Shown in pieces: positions 44,561 through 56,510 of a DNA stretch of 64,000 nt. The position numbers and the translations under genes were made by a program. Source of the DNA: Candidatus Poribacteria bacterium. Lineage in GTDB: Bacteria > Poribacteria > WGA-4E > JAJDTR01. The stretch lies in the NCBI GenBank assembly GCA_965222225.1, contig CBDCTK010000002.1, forward strand, positions 5,571,098 through 5,635,097. Reading direction: 5' to 3'. Numbering within the stretch: position 1 is the first letter of the stretch; every line of letters begins with the position of its first letter. The notes beneath the pieces are model-generated. The model was not told where the DNA came from. It searched no databases and worked only from the letters and a program-made list of their open reading frames with translations.

Positions 44561-45604
44561 TAGGAGTTACGCAGTTGGCTGAAGCGTATAAAGAGGTTGT
44601 GCCAAATAAGCCCGTACCGCATCTCTGACAATAGAGAGTTTTGCATCAAACCAACTGATACCGGTATGATAGCAATAGTGCTCAATTCTCAGAAAGGCTC
44701 TCAGCGCTAAACCGATATGATTTCTTTGAGTGCGAGCAGAGCGCACTTGTGCGCGTTCAATGCCAACAAATTGCTTAATCCCGCGATGATATTCTTCTAT
44801 TGTCCAAGACCATTCGGCATATTTGAGACGCGTCAATTCGTCCATCTGTAAATCATTCGTTGCCCAATATTCAATGTCACCTTCTGGAGTGTCAACCTTA
44901 AATACTCGAATCAATCCATAGCCTTTGAGATGGACAATTGTACCTGTTGATTCACTCGGAAGCGTACTCACCGGACGGTTACCGGAATAATCTTTACTGA
45001 CAAGTCGGTTGGCAGCTAGACGAGTAAGCCACTTCCAACCATGACCTCGCACCGCTTTTAGATTCTTTAGACTGGCATACCAACTATCAAAACACACACA
45101 TTCAGGAGCAAAACCGCGTGTTTTCGCTTCTTCAAGCATGGCGCGGAAATGCTCATTCTTCGTCAAGCCGTCTTTGGCTTTATCATAGATTCGATAATCA
45201 CACGGAATATGTCTATCGCCATCCGTCCAGAGCAAAGTGACCAAGTTAATCCCATTCACAACTCGGTGGTGTTTCCCTGACCAGTGTTTTGTCACGAGTT
45301 CAATCTTTTGTGAATAAGGTTTATCCAGAGTCGAGTCATCTATAACTAAAATTCCGGATTCTAATTTCACCTGATTTCTCGATTCTTGCCACAGTTTGCC
45401 AGTATCGGGTTCCTCTCGATGCAAGAGCCGTGTTATCGAATCGTGAGCCGGAGGATTATCAGCTTGGGGTTGAACTTTTTCCGATTCAAGACAACTGTAA
45501 CTTTTCTGAGCGGCTACCAAGAAATCAATATAGTCAGTGTCAGTATATTTAGGGGGATTCATACTCAAATTATAACCTATTTTCACTCAACTGCGTAACT
45601 CCTA
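44561..45604 (-). mobile_element. IS701-family insertion sequence (1044 bp)
   Basis: Perfect 17-bp TIR TAGGAGTTACGCAGTTG (44561-44577 and 45588-45604); 5-bp TSD CAGGA (44556-44560 and 45605-45609). Confidence 0.93.
44567..45562 (-). CDS. IS701-family DDE transposase
   Basis: IDDSTLDKPY, FDSWY and WTIEEYHRGIKQ; stop codon lies inside the TIR. Confidence 0.92.
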   Translation of the reverse strand: MNPPKYTDTDYIDFLVAAQKSYSCLESEKVQPQADNPPAHDSITRLLHREEPDTGKLWQESRNQVKLESGILVIDDSTLDKPYSQKIELVTKHWSGKHHRVVNGINLVTLLWTDGDRHIPCDYRIYDKAKDGLTKNEHFRAMLEEAKTRGFAPECVCFDSWYASLKNLKAVRGHGWKWLTRLAANRLVSKDYSGNRPVSTLPSESTGTIVHLKGYGLIRVFKVDTPEGDIEYWATNDLQMDELTRLKYAEWSWTIEEYHRGIKQFVGIERAQVRSARTQRNHIGLALRAFLRIEHYCYHTGISWFDAKLSIVRDAVRAYLAQPLYTLQPTA

Positions 45605-46812
45605 CAGGAAATACTTATCGAAAGAAAGTAGATTTATAGAAGTTACCACAGATGGTAGACGACAGCGCAAAATCGAATATATCTATTCTAACGGTTGTGA
45701 GGTATTCTTTGACGACGACGTTGAAGAGATTTTGAACCACCAAGATGCACAAGATTTTGGAGTTTCAAAAGAGGACCTCACGGAAGCCTATTTTACTCTA
45801 GCTGAGGAACTAGGTCGAAAGCCTAGTCGCTCAGATTTGGATATGCAAGGCGAATATAAATCGTCTCTTTATGCAGGTCATTTTGGTTCTTGGTCACTAT
45901 TCCTACGCGAAGTCGGGGAATACACAGAAGCCAGTTATCACTATCCACAAGGCGTACACTTAGGACATATACTTTCGATCCTGAAGGTTTTTGGAAGAGG
46001 TGACCGCTCAGAAACACATTTTGCTGATGAATACCTCCGTTTGCGTGGCGGGCTCGGTACGGGGCGTCTAGCTAAGTATCGTCGCCAGGTGAAATATAAG
46101 GTGCTTGCAGCAATGGAGTTGGGCATACTTACAGATGACCGCAACTATCCAAGCGGCGATGAGTATATCCTTCAATTGACTCCACTTGGGGCGGAACTTT
46201 ATAGTTCAATTGAGCCTCTTCTTGAAGAATTGGATTTATCTTTTCCGCGGGATTCTGTCGGGGTCTTTTCGACGAGAATGCGCTTAAGTGACCGAGCATA
46301 CAATCAAGCCATTAGAGAGTTTATAGAAACTAATGAACAAGCACGTGACATTGTTTTTCGCGTATTTCTGGCGATGCCTGCTGTCCAACAGATGCTGACG
46401 TTCTTGTATCAGGTGTGTCGTACAAAAGAAATTCAACGTAAGATGATTTATGAACAATTTTTCCAAGCCCCTTTTGTGAAACAATTTTGCGATCAAGAAG
46501 GCATAGTTGAAACGACTCTAAAGGCATCCATGCGTAGGTGCCCATTTTTGTTAAATGTCCTTGATGCTTGCGACATCATTAAACTTTCACAAAGCCGCAT
46601 TGTGGTCAATAAGCTTGTGCTTGCCGCTTGGTCTGTACGCCCGCACGCCAAAGAGGACGAAGATATATCCCATACAAGGCTTGGAGCAGTAGAAAGAGCT
46701 TATCGTGATTCTTCCTCGGGATTAACCAGTACGGATTTGAGCGTCGTCCGGGAAATTTACGGTCCAGAATTCCTGACAGAGAATTATTATTTGAAAGATT
46801 TCATCATTCTGA

Positions 46813-47808
<996 letters not shown>

Positions 47809-48255
47809 ATTAGAAGAACCACGCAACCATCTCCCATCCTTTATACAGATATACAGAAATGACGGAAATTCACGATAGAAAATCCGACCATCTCTGTAAG
47901 GTTAAAACGCCTGACATCATTGGTAATATCCCTGTACCTATAACACCACTTCTAAATCCGTTTTCCCTTAGATGTGAATGGTTGTGTTAGTTGGAAATCA
48001 ATTTTATCCAACCCTTCCAATCCTTCATCTAGCCAATTTCCCATTCTTCGAACCTTCCGACCCCGTCGTCATTTCCCCCAAAAAAAAATCGTGGCGCGCG
48101 ATTTCTGCTTAAATTTTTCTTGTATACTTAACATATATGTGGTATATTATGGCCGTTTCTGGATTTCAAACTGAATCCTGAAAGTGGGTCTTTTCTTCAA
48201 AACTCGGTTTCTTTCTTCCACAACCCTGTAAGAAGGAGAGGATGGAATAATTATT

Positions 48256-49152
48256 ATGTTAGCTTGCTTACAAATCGAAAATTTGAATGATCGTCTGTCG
48301 GAAATAACAAATATACTTGCCTATTATACGCCGACATATCTTGCGCCTACACCCTCAACGGCAGAACGACGAAGTCCGTTAGATTTATCGGAAGTTGCTA
48401 TTGTCATGCCCGATGAAATCCCCGCCTGCGCCCGCTGTGAAATTACTGATGAATCGGTTTACATTGATTTGGAAGTAGATGAGATGTCCGTCAAAGCGGA
48501 TCAGTACGTCGACGAGTTATTAGCGGAGTTTCGGACGATTGGCGTTGAACCACGCATTGGGATAGCGCATTCGCGGTTTGTTAGCTTTGTCGCGGCTCAT
48601 TCAGCCGATCTCAATGTGCCGTGTGTCGTACCCCAGGATAAGACAGAATCTTTCTTAAGTTCGCAGAGCGTTTCACTGTTGCCAATTCTACCCGCAACAC
48701 TTCGCCGCTTAAAGCAGCTTGGAATTCAAAAATGCGGTGACGTTGCCAGCGTAGGCTCGTGCGATCTAATAAACCAGTTCGGGAAAGAAGGTGCCTTGAT
48801 GGCGGACCTAGCTCGCGGAATCGATTTCACGCCCTTAACCTTCTATAAGCCGCCAATAACCGAGGATCTCACTGATCGGCAGGAAAAGATTTGGGGCAAC
48901 GAGATGCAATCCGGCACCCGCTTGAAGCCAATTTCAATAATGGTAAAAAAAATCGGCTACATTGATTTCCCCCAAGCAATTCTTCGCCATCGCGAGTGGG
49001 TATATTTTGACAGCATCATTGACCTCTGGAAACTAGAGGATGCTTGGTGGACGGAAGAGCCGCAAAGTTTGATTTATTTTAAACTATTTGTATCTGGACG
49101 CGAGTTGACTGTGCGTCACGATCTTGTCCGCGGGGACTGGAGTCAATATTAA
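48256..49152 (+). CDS. Short ImuB-like inactive Y-family polymerase with DUF6504-like C-terminus
   Basis: ESVYIDL, IGIAHSRFVS, LKQLGI, QFG and LARGID; C-terminal IDLWKLEDAWW; abuts dnaE2. Confidence 0.75.
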   Translation: MLACLQIENLNDRLSEITNILAYYTPTYLAPTPSTAERRSPLDLSEVAIVMPDEIPACARCEITDESVYIDLEVDEMSVKADQYVDELLAEFRTIGVEPRIGIAHSRFVSFVAAHSADLNVPCVVPQDKTESFLSSQSVSLLPILPATLRRLKQLGIQKCGDVASVGSCDLINQFGKEGALMADLARGIDFTPLTFYKPPITEDLTDRQEKIWGNEMQSGTRLKPISIMVKKIGYIDFPQAILRHREWVYFDSIIDLWKLEDAWWTEEPQSLIYFKLFVSGRELTVRHDLVRGDWSQY

Positions 49153-52100
49153 TGGAATATACGGAACTTCATTGCCATAGCTATTACTCCTTTCTCGACG
49201 GCACATCCAGTCCCGCAGATCTCGCTGAAAACGCATCAAGATTTCAATTGAAGGGATTGGCGCTGACCGACGATAACGGGCTTCACGGCGTCATTCCATT
49301 CGTTAAGAAATGTAAAGAGATTGGACTTCCGCACGTCGTTGGTTCTCTTATCACCGTAGAGCACGCGAAAGAGAACTCACCTCCCGACGAGAAGATTCTA
49401 TTCCTGTGTCAGACCATTGAAGGTTATCAAAACTTATCCCAACTGATTACCCGTGCGCAGGGTGCCGATGTCAAGTCCGAAGTACGAGCAACCATTGAGG
49501 ACATTAATGAATTATCGGACGGATTAATTTGTCTGGTTGGAAAAAACAGTAACGTCGCCACATTTTTGCAGAAAGATCGAATTGAATCCGCGCAAAAACG
49601 ACTGGATGTATATCGGCAGATTTTTGGGAACAACCGACTTTATATCCAACTCGTTAACCACTTGGAGCCCGGAGATCTCCCTCTTTGCAAACAATTTTGT
49701 CAACTCGCTCAAGATTTTTCACTGCGCTATGTCGCTACCAATGGTGTGCGTTATGCAACCCGAAGGGAAGCGCGATTACATGACGTGCTTCGTTGCATTG
49801 CACATAAAACTACCCTTGACAAATCTCGCTCCATTCATGCGCCCAATCACGAACGGCATCTTAAGTCTGCCCAAGAGATCCAGGTGCTATTCTCCGAAAT
49901 CCCGGCGGCGTTGAAAAACACGCAAGTCATCCTTGAACGTTGTAATGTTGAGTTAGATTTTTCTCAATACCGATTCCCAAACTTTGCCACGCCAGAAGGT
50001 TACGACGCTGATTCATATCTAACCACGCTGTGCGAAGAATCACTGTCACGCAAATACAACTCAATAAACGTTGAGATAAAAACGAAACTAAATGAGGAGC
50101 TATCGCTAATCAAACGCTTGGGGCTTTCAGGCTATTTTCTTGTGGTTTGGGACATTATGAAGTTTGCCCGATGCAAAGGGATTCCAGCACAAGGGCGAGG
50201 ATCAGCTGCCAATTCTTTGGTTGCCTACTTGCTGGACATCACCCCGGTTGATCCCATCGCGCATAATCTGTTTTTTGGCAGATTTCTCAATGAGGAAAAA
50301 ACTACAATTCCCGACATTGACATAGATTTTGCTTCTGCAAGAGACACTCGACTGGCTGACCGAGATGATGTCTTGGATTACGTGAGTCGCAAATACGGCT
50401 TTGAGAATGTTGGATTGACTTCCATGTTCATGACCTTCGGCGCCAAAGGAGCTATCCGCGAAATCGGCAAAGTCTTTGGCTTTCCCAACTCCCTGTTGGA
50501 AAAAATGTCACGCTTTACTGAAGGCCGAAAAAATCCGGATTCTGCTTTTAGCAAGATTCAGGAGTTGAAGCAATTTGAATCCTATACTAAACAGAAAAGG
50601 TGGCGGCATTTTCGCGATCAGGTCCAGGCCGTAATCGGCATTCCCCGTCACATATCCACACACCCGGGTGGGATGATAATCACTTCCTGCGAACTTCCGA
50701 AGCTAGTGCCTCTCCAACCCACACGTTTCCAAGGACGACGCATCTGTCAATGGGATAAAGATATGGTTGAAGATGCGGGACTTATCAAAGTAGATCTGCT
50801 TGGCTTGTCCATGCTTGCTGTCATTAGGGAATGCCTCATTTTGATTGCCGAGACCTACAATCTCAGACTCAATCTCGCGGACATTAAAACCGACGATCCG
50901 GAGGTATACGATATGATTGAGCAAGCGGATACGGTAGGCTTGTTCCAGATTGAGTCGCGTGTGCAAATCCAAACTATACCGCGCACTAAGCCTAGAAATC
51001 TCTCAGAGCTCGCTGCGCAAATAGCGATTATTCGACCAGGGCCGGTACAAGGCAAAATGGTCGAGCCGTATATTCGTCGAAAACAGGGACTTGAGCCGAT
51101 TCGCTATCCGCATCCGCGTCTTGAACCAATCCTAAAAGAGACACTTGGCGTAATTCTGTTTCAAGAACAAATTTTGCAAGTAGCTTCCACGATTGCAGGC
51201 TACACCAGTGGCGCAGCTGAAAATTTAAGACGAGACCTCGACAAAAAGCGCTCCAAGAAAGACCTGGAAATGATGCAGTCCAAATTCGTAACCGCGGCAG
51301 TGAAAAACGGTGTGGTGAAAGCCGATGCAACCCAAATTTTCGATTCCATCAAAGGTTTTGCTGCCTACGGGTTTTGCAAATCACATGCCCTCGCATTCGC
51401 TCATCTAGCGTATCAGTCGGCATGGCTTAAGCACTACTACGAAGCCGCGTATTTTGCTGCATTGGTTAACAATCAACCCATGGGGTTTTATCCCGTGAGC
51501 GTTATTATGAACGAAGCCAAGCGGCGCGGCATTCAAATTTTGCCAGTTGATGTAAACTGTAGCGGTGTACGTTGTCATCTCGAAACAGCAAAATCGGAAG
51601 CCGTTCGCTTGAGTTTAACCTGTGTCAAAGGCATCAGTACAGCAAAAGCCGAGTCAATTGTAAACATCCGCCAACAGGACTCCTTCAATTCGCTAAAAGA
51701 TTTTGTCTTACGCACTAAACTCAGCTCCATTAACATTGAGAATCTAATCGGTGCCGGTGCGTTTGATAGTTTCGGCTTATCTCGCCGCGAACTGTTGTGG
51801 CAACTCTGGATTGTTCATCGCTGGCGAGATGACAGCCTTGTTGCCCCGAAACTCACACCCCCGCCATTGAAAGAAATGAGCCCTTGGAGTAAACTAAGCT
51901 GGGAATGCAACGCGCAACGGTTCTCTATAGACGCCCACCCAATGCAATTGCTCCGACCTCAGCTGAGTAGCGAAGTTAAACGACAGGACGCGCTCAGGAA
52001 ACTGCGAAATGGCGTTAGAGCCTGTGTCGCGGGATTGGTCGTTTGTATACAAAAGCCTGCAACCGCGAAGGGTGTTGCTTTTATGCTGCTTGAAGACGAA

Positions 52101-52259
52101 TCGGGACTGCTCAATGTCGTTATTTCTCCCACGATTTACGGGAAGTACCGGTCAATATTTAAACTGGCACCGTGTGTCCGTGTTTATGGCATCTTGCAGC
52201 GTGAAGGTGATTTGATTAGCATCCAAGCAAAATCTTTTGAAGAATTGTCCTTCGCCTAG
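49152..52259 (+). CDS. dnaE2: Error-prone DNA polymerase DnaE2/ImuC
   Basis: ELHCHSYYSFLDG, GRGSAANS, PDIDIDF, QWDKD, GLFQIESR, YGFCKSHA, NQPMGFY and KPATAKGVAFMLLEDESG. Confidence 0.95.
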   Translation: MEYTELHCHSYYSFLDGTSSPADLAENASRFQLKGLALTDDNGLHGVIPFVKKCKEIGLPHVVGSLITVEHAKENSPPDEKILFLCQTIEGYQNLSQLITRAQGADVKSEVRATIEDINELSDGLICLVGKNSNVATFLQKDRIESAQKRLDVYRQIFGNNRLYIQLVNHLEPGDLPLCKQFCQLAQDFSLRYVATNGVRYATRREARLHDVLRCIAHKTTLDKSRSIHAPNHERHLKSAQEIQVLFSEIPAALKNTQVILERCNVELDFSQYRFPNFATPEGYDADSYLTTLCEESLSRKYNSINVEIKTKLNEELSLIKRLGLSGYFLVVWDIMKFARCKGIPAQGRGSAANSLVAYLLDITPVDPIAHNLFFGRFLNEEKTTIPDIDIDFASARDTRLADRDDVLDYVSRKYGFENVGLTSMFMTFGAKGAIREIGKVFGFPNSLLEKMSRFTEGRKNPDSAFSKIQELKQFESYTKQKRWRHFRDQVQAVIGIPRHISTHPGGMIITSCELPKLVPLQPTRFQGRRICQWDKDMVEDAGLIKVDLLGLSMLAVIRECLILIAETYNLRLNLADIKTDDPEVYDMIEQADTVGLFQIESRVQIQTIPRTKPRNLSELAAQIAIIRPGPVQGKMVEPYIRRKQGLEPIRYPHPRLEPILKETLGVILFQEQILQVASTIAGYTSGAAENLRRDLDKKRSKKDLEMMQSKFVTAAVKNGVVKADATQIFDSIKGFAAYGFCKSHALAFAHLAYQSAWLKHYYEAAYFAALVNNQPMGFYPVSVIMNEAKRRGIQILPVDVNCSGVRCHLETAKSEAVRLSLTCVKGISTAKAESIVNIRQQDSFNSLKDFVLRTKLSSINIENLIGAGAFDSFGLSRRELLWQLWIVHRWRDDSLVAPKLTPPPLKEMSPWSKLSWECNAQRFSIDAHPMQLLRPQLSSEVKRQDALRKLRNGVRACVAGLVVCIQKPATAKGVAFMLLEDESGLLNVVISPTIYGKYRSIFKLAPCVRVYGILQREGDLISIQAKSFEELSFA

Positions 52260-52875
52260 CCCTCTACTATCCCGGCAATTGAGTTTTTTCAATTCGCTAC
52301 TTTCCAAGTGGTTAAAGGTACAAAGGTTTGCAGGATATGCGAAGGCGCCCCACTTGAGTTGTACACTATCTTGTACTGGACCACCTGGTGCTCGTCTCGA
52401 TTTCGGCATCGGACAATAGCGAAACTTCCATGCGATTTTTTACTTCTTGCTGGAGGCGTTCTGCCTATAGAAAGCCGATTCCTTGGAAAAAAACGTTTCG
52501 ACGCAGGCCTAAAAACCCTACCGTAAACGAAACAATACAGCCGCAACGGTGTATAAAGGCGTGTAGGACACCCATCAACTCCGTTTAATAGAGTGCGGCA
52601 CGAGGACAAGCCCAATAGTGGAACTCTTTTGACTGCAATCACCGTCAAATGTGCCTCCCCCATTCTTAACGAATTGAAGATTCGTCCTCGCTAACCCAGT
52701 ATCGTATCTAGCATTAACTACAGCCCATTGGTGGCTTTCTATTGACCAACGTCAATACGAACCACCCGTGGGCTTTTTTTTTGCTGTTTCCCGGATTTGA
52801 TGACATTGGCATGAATCACTCGGTGCCATCTCAAAACACCTAACGCTATTACCCCATTCAATTGGCTGAGCAAAC

Positions 52876-53370
52876 ATGAAATACGAAGAACACAATCTTT
52901 TGCACGAGTTCAACTTTGAGTCCCGGCTCCCGGGAGAAACTACTCTAGCTTTCACCTACTTCGAAATTTACCGCGATGCCGGTAACCAGCGCTCCTTGCG
53001 CGCGCTCTGCGATTGTCAAGTTAACGGAAAAAAGCGTCACCTATCTCAAATCGGAAAATGGTCAAGCCGATTTCATTGGCAAACTCGCGTTGAGGCGTTT
53101 GAAGCCGAGATTGCCCATACCGCATTTCTAAAGTTGACAGAGCAGCGCCGCGAAGAAATAACTGCATTTATCGCCAACGACATGACGATTGCGATAGAAC
53201 TACAAAAGCTCTGTATGATCCGGCTGAGAAAATTAGCCGCGGACACCGACAATACCGATTGCAGAGAACTCCGCCAACTTGCCCTGGCGTATCGCGAATC
53301 ACGCCTGTGGCTAATGGAATTAACCGGCATTGTTGAAAGCGATAGCGACGATGAAAGGCAAAAGAGTTGA
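52876..53370 (+). CDS. Hypothetical protein resembling phage terminase-small-like HTH proteins
   Basis: PGETTLAFTYFEIYRDAG..RSL..WSSRFHWQTRVEAFE pattern; family recalled, not verified. Confidence 0.55.
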   Translation: MKYEEHNLLHEFNFESRLPGETTLAFTYFEIYRDAGNQRSLRALCDCQVNGKKRHLSQIGKWSSRFHWQTRVEAFEAEIAHTAFLKLTEQRREEITAFIANDMTIAIELQKLCMIRLRKLAADTDNTDCRELRQLALAYRESRLWLMELTGIVESDSDDERQKS

Positions 53371-54283
53371 GTTCCATAAGTTGCGGTACCCTGCGCATCT
53401 CGCCAAGATACCTCAATTATCCCGGGAGCGCGTTGAGGAACTCTATGCGGAGGTCGATCGTAGAAGGAATAGCCAAGGTTACGAGGAGTTTTTGCGATGG
53501 TGCGCCGAGAACAGTACTGCCCTCGAATCTCCGCTGTTCAAAACCTTCTATGTCGCGCGGCAAAAACAGGAACAAGCGAAACAAATACTATTCTATAATC
53601 TACGCTCAATCTCGGAGCACTATACCGTGGCTCTCGGATTACTCGGTGGCTGTTTGAGTTTCCTAAACAGATCCCACAAAGACTGTAAAGATACCATCCG
53701 ATTAACGCGAACTTTCCTCGTGGAGATTGCGATTTTCGAGTCAGTCTTTGCCGATGCTTACACCCGTGTCCTGGCGAGCGCCGAATTTCGCGAGTGGAAT
53801 GAAAGAAATCCGCGGGTTGAGGCCCCAGTCGCAGAATATGACCGGGCGTTTAGGTTGAACACCAAATGGGCAAAACAAGAGGCCGCCGACGAATTTGTAA
53901 CAGAAGCCAAATCGCGCGTGTCACGAGATGACCTCTCTACCGACTATGTCAACCTGAAACGTGGAGAGGCGGAACGACTCTCCCAGCTCAATCATGACCT
54001 AGAGTTCGACTGTGACAGATCGTCGATTATTCAGCACCACATCGCGCAAAACATGCATCTTAACGAACATCGTCCACTATCGCTGGAAGGGATAAACAAC
54101 ACCCTGAAAAAATGGGATGCCGCGGGCAGACACCTTGGATGGAAGCCCTTGACAATTCAACGCATTCAAAAATTCGACAGACTCATTAGCATAGCCGAGC
54201 AGGCAGTTGCCGCTAACCCCGTTGAAGAGCACGATTTTGCCGAAATTCTCTGGACAGACGGCGAACAGTACCGGATGACATAG
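53351..54283 (+). CDS. Hypothetical protein
   Basis: Long helical-looking ORF overlapping the upstream gene; no recognised motif. Confidence 0.6.
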   Translation: MKGKRVEFHKLRYPAHLAKIPQLSRERVEELYAEVDRRRNSQGYEEFLRWCAENSTALESPLFKTFYVARQKQEQAKQILFYNLRSISEHYTVALGLLGGCLSFLNRSHKDCKDTIRLTRTFLVEIAIFESVFADAYTRVLASAEFREWNERNPRVEAPVAEYDRAFRLNTKWAKQEAADEFVTEAKSRVSRDDLSTDYVNLKRGEAERLSQLNHDLEFDCDRSSIIQHHIAQNMHLNEHRPLSLEGINNTLKKWDAAGRHLGWKPLTIQRIQKFDRLISIAEQAVAANPVEEHDFAEILWTDGEQYRMT

Positions 54284-54311
54284 AAATGATGAATCGCCCA
54301 AATTTTCTTCC

Positions 54312-54462
54312 GTTCCTATTTTGTTCCTATTTGGACGCCCGTGAATCCGCGCTATCAAAGGAAAGTAATCTCGCGCCCAATAGGAACACCCAATCTGATT
54401 CGGCGCTCCGTTCACATTGCTGTTCCTATTCTTGGACGCCTGATTTGTACAAAAATAGGAAC
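54312..54462. repeat. Cluster of five GTTCCTATT motifs in both orientations
   Basis: Direct at 54312, 54323 and 54422; inverted (AATAGGAAC) at 54379 and 54454. Confidence 0.8.
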
Positions 54463-54912
54463 AAACTTTCACCGAACGGGCGCAAACCCGCTCTCGATCA
54501 ACACAAAAACTCTTGGCAGAGCAGAACTCACACTTGGTATATTGGTTTTCATCTGAGCAAAGATACCTGTCAGCAATCGTAATCTGTGCCACGGCATCAT
54601 TACCCATACAGATTCCTCGGCAATACCGCCGGCGCTTCCTTCCGATTATGGAGGAAGACTCGAGACGATCAGCGAATCCCAATAAATTCTGACGCAACGC
54701 GGCGAATCGCTGAATCCTGGCAACTTAATGGACGTTATCTTTAGGATGGGATTGATTTTATTGACGGTCTTCCAAGCTACCGCAATAGCTCCAGAAACCA
54801 AATACAGTTTCCAGCGCCTACCTTGTGGGCATTAGGCAGTCACGTCTATGGATACAGACAGCTAGCCTTCAATCGTTGTCGGACGCTCACTTACATACCT
54901 ACCGTTCGCGCC

Positions 54913-55680
54913 ATGCTCACGAAAGACATGATGACAGATCTTCCCTTACTTCCGGGGGTGTATTTCTTTCGCAATAAGTCGAGGGAGATTCTCTACATCG
55001 GCAAAGCGAAATCTTTGCGCAAACGGGTGCACTCATACCTATACGATGCAAAACGGCGTTCGCATAAGATAAAACGACTCGTACGTCATGCGTCCGGTGT
55101 TGATTACGAAGTCTGCAATTCGGAACTGGAGGCATCTTTACTGGAAGCGCGGCTCATCAAGGAAAATCAGCCGCCTTACAACTCCGCATTGAAGGAGGGT
55201 TGGAAATCTTGGTACATCAAGATAGACTATTCCGATGATTTCCCGCGGCTTGAACTCACCTCCGAACGGCTGGAAGATCGGGCGCGATATTTCGGACCTT
55301 TCTCCGGGCGAAAATGGACCGAGGATGTGATTAACTCGGTGCATCACGTCTTTCCCGTTCGCATTTGTGAAGAAAAACTTACACCGCGCCGCGATGCTCG
55401 TCCATGCCTAAGCCACTATCTCAAACGGTGTGACGCGCCGTGTGCGGCTCGAATCAGCCGTGAATCTTATCGGGCTATGATTAACGACGTGGAACAGTTA
55501 TTGGAAGGAGATCATGAGGCGGTGGTCAAGAAGTTGATGGGTTGGCGTGACCACGCTGCAACGCGGCTCCACTTTGAGCGTGCCGCGGTGCTTCAGAAGC
55601 GGATTGAGTATATCCAGGACGCCTTTGTTTTTTTGGACGTGCATCGCTGGAAAGGGCAGAAAGTTTTGTCAGCGGAATGA
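54913..55680 (+). CDS. GIY-YIG nuclease, Cho/UvrC N-terminal-like, with UVR domain
   Basis: LPLLPGVYFF, YIGKAKSLRKRV, ELEASLLEARLIK, PPYN, YFGPF, Cys cluster and LHFERAA. Confidence 0.9.
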   Translation: MLTKDMMTDLPLLPGVYFFRNKSREILYIGKAKSLRKRVHSYLYDAKRRSHKIKRLVRHASGVDYEVCNSELEASLLEARLIKENQPPYNSALKEGWKSWYIKIDYSDDFPRLELTSERLEDRARYFGPFSGRKWTEDVINSVHHVFPVRICEEKLTPRRDARPCLSHYLKRCDAPCAARISRESYRAMINDVEQLLEGDHEAVVKKLMGWRDHAATRLHFERAAVLQKRIEYIQDAFVFLDVHRWKGQKVLSAE

Positions 55681-55874
55681 AGCAGCGGAAGATTGGAAGG
55701 GAGGAATGTTGGATTTCACTAGGAATTCGGCGGTTTTTGGCGAAATGAAACCTTGAGAACCATCCTTCCGCGTGTGATTTCTCATAGATTTCCGCTCAAC
55801 CCAACCTACGGAGTTACACTCTGGGAAAGTTAAATAACACACAGCAAGGGGATTGGCGGGCTGTTTGTAGCAAT

Positions 55875-56510
55875 ATGAAAAAAATTGGCGTCCTTCATGT
55901 GATTACGGATACGACAGTCCAATCACGATTTACGCATTACGAACTCGCGGAGATGGCGATTGAGGGTGGTGCGGATACGGTTCAGTTTCGCCAGAAAACG
56001 GGTACAGCGCGCGATTTGCTGAAAACGGCACGAGAGGTCCAAGCCGTCTGCGCCCGGCATAGCGTTCCGCTGATTGTGAATGATCGGGCGGATATTGCAC
56101 TGGCTGTCGGTTCGGCAGGTGTGCACTTTGGGCAGGATGATCTGCCAATCTCGGTTGGTCGTCGGCTGTTCCCGACGGGTTCAATTGTCGGCGCCTCGGC
56201 ACGAACAGAAGGGAAGATTATGGAGGCGATTGCGGATGGAGCCGATTATATCGGGTTTGGACCGATTCGACAAACTTCATCTAAACCGGATGCCGAGGCG
56301 CCGAAGGGGCTGGATGCGCTTGCAAGAATGTGTGAAATCGCTAAATGTCCCGTCATTGCTATCGGCGGTATCACGGTTGATGATGTTTATGAGGTGATTC
56401 GTGCAGGCGCGCATGGAGTTGCTGTCATTTCGGCGGTCTGTGGAGAATCCGATCCGCTGGATGCTACTCAACGATTGGTCGCAGAAATTCATCGCGCAAA
56501 GAAGGGTTAA
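55875..56510 (+). CDS. thiE: Thiamine-phosphate synthase
   Basis: VQFRQK, LIVNDRADIA, GVHFGQDDL, ADYIGFGP and VIAIGGI. Confidence 0.96.
   Translation: MKKIGVLHVITDTTVQSRFTHYELAEMAIEGGADTVQFRQKTGTARDLLKTAREVQAVCARHSVPLIVNDRADIALAVGSAGVHFGQDDLPISVGRRLFPTGSIVGASARTEGKIMEAIADGADYIGFGPIRQTSSKPDAEAPKGLDALARMCEIAKCPVIAIGGITVDDVYEVIRAGAHGVAVISAVCGESDPLDATQRLVAEIHRAKKG

Noticed and set aside
47840-47886. Possible minus-strand 37-bp unit (GGATTTTCTATCG)
   Set aside because: Only the first ~13 nt match; the rest does not fit the consensus.
52289-52663. 124-aa minus-strand ORF after dnaE2
   Set aside because: No recognisable motif and several competing overlapping ORFs; it cannot be supported.
54077-54830. 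Missing DEDD exonuclease domain upstream of the GIY-YIG gene, or the 206-aa minus-strand ORF
   Set aside because: No exonuclease motifs were seen, and the minus ORF overlaps another gene and the motif array.
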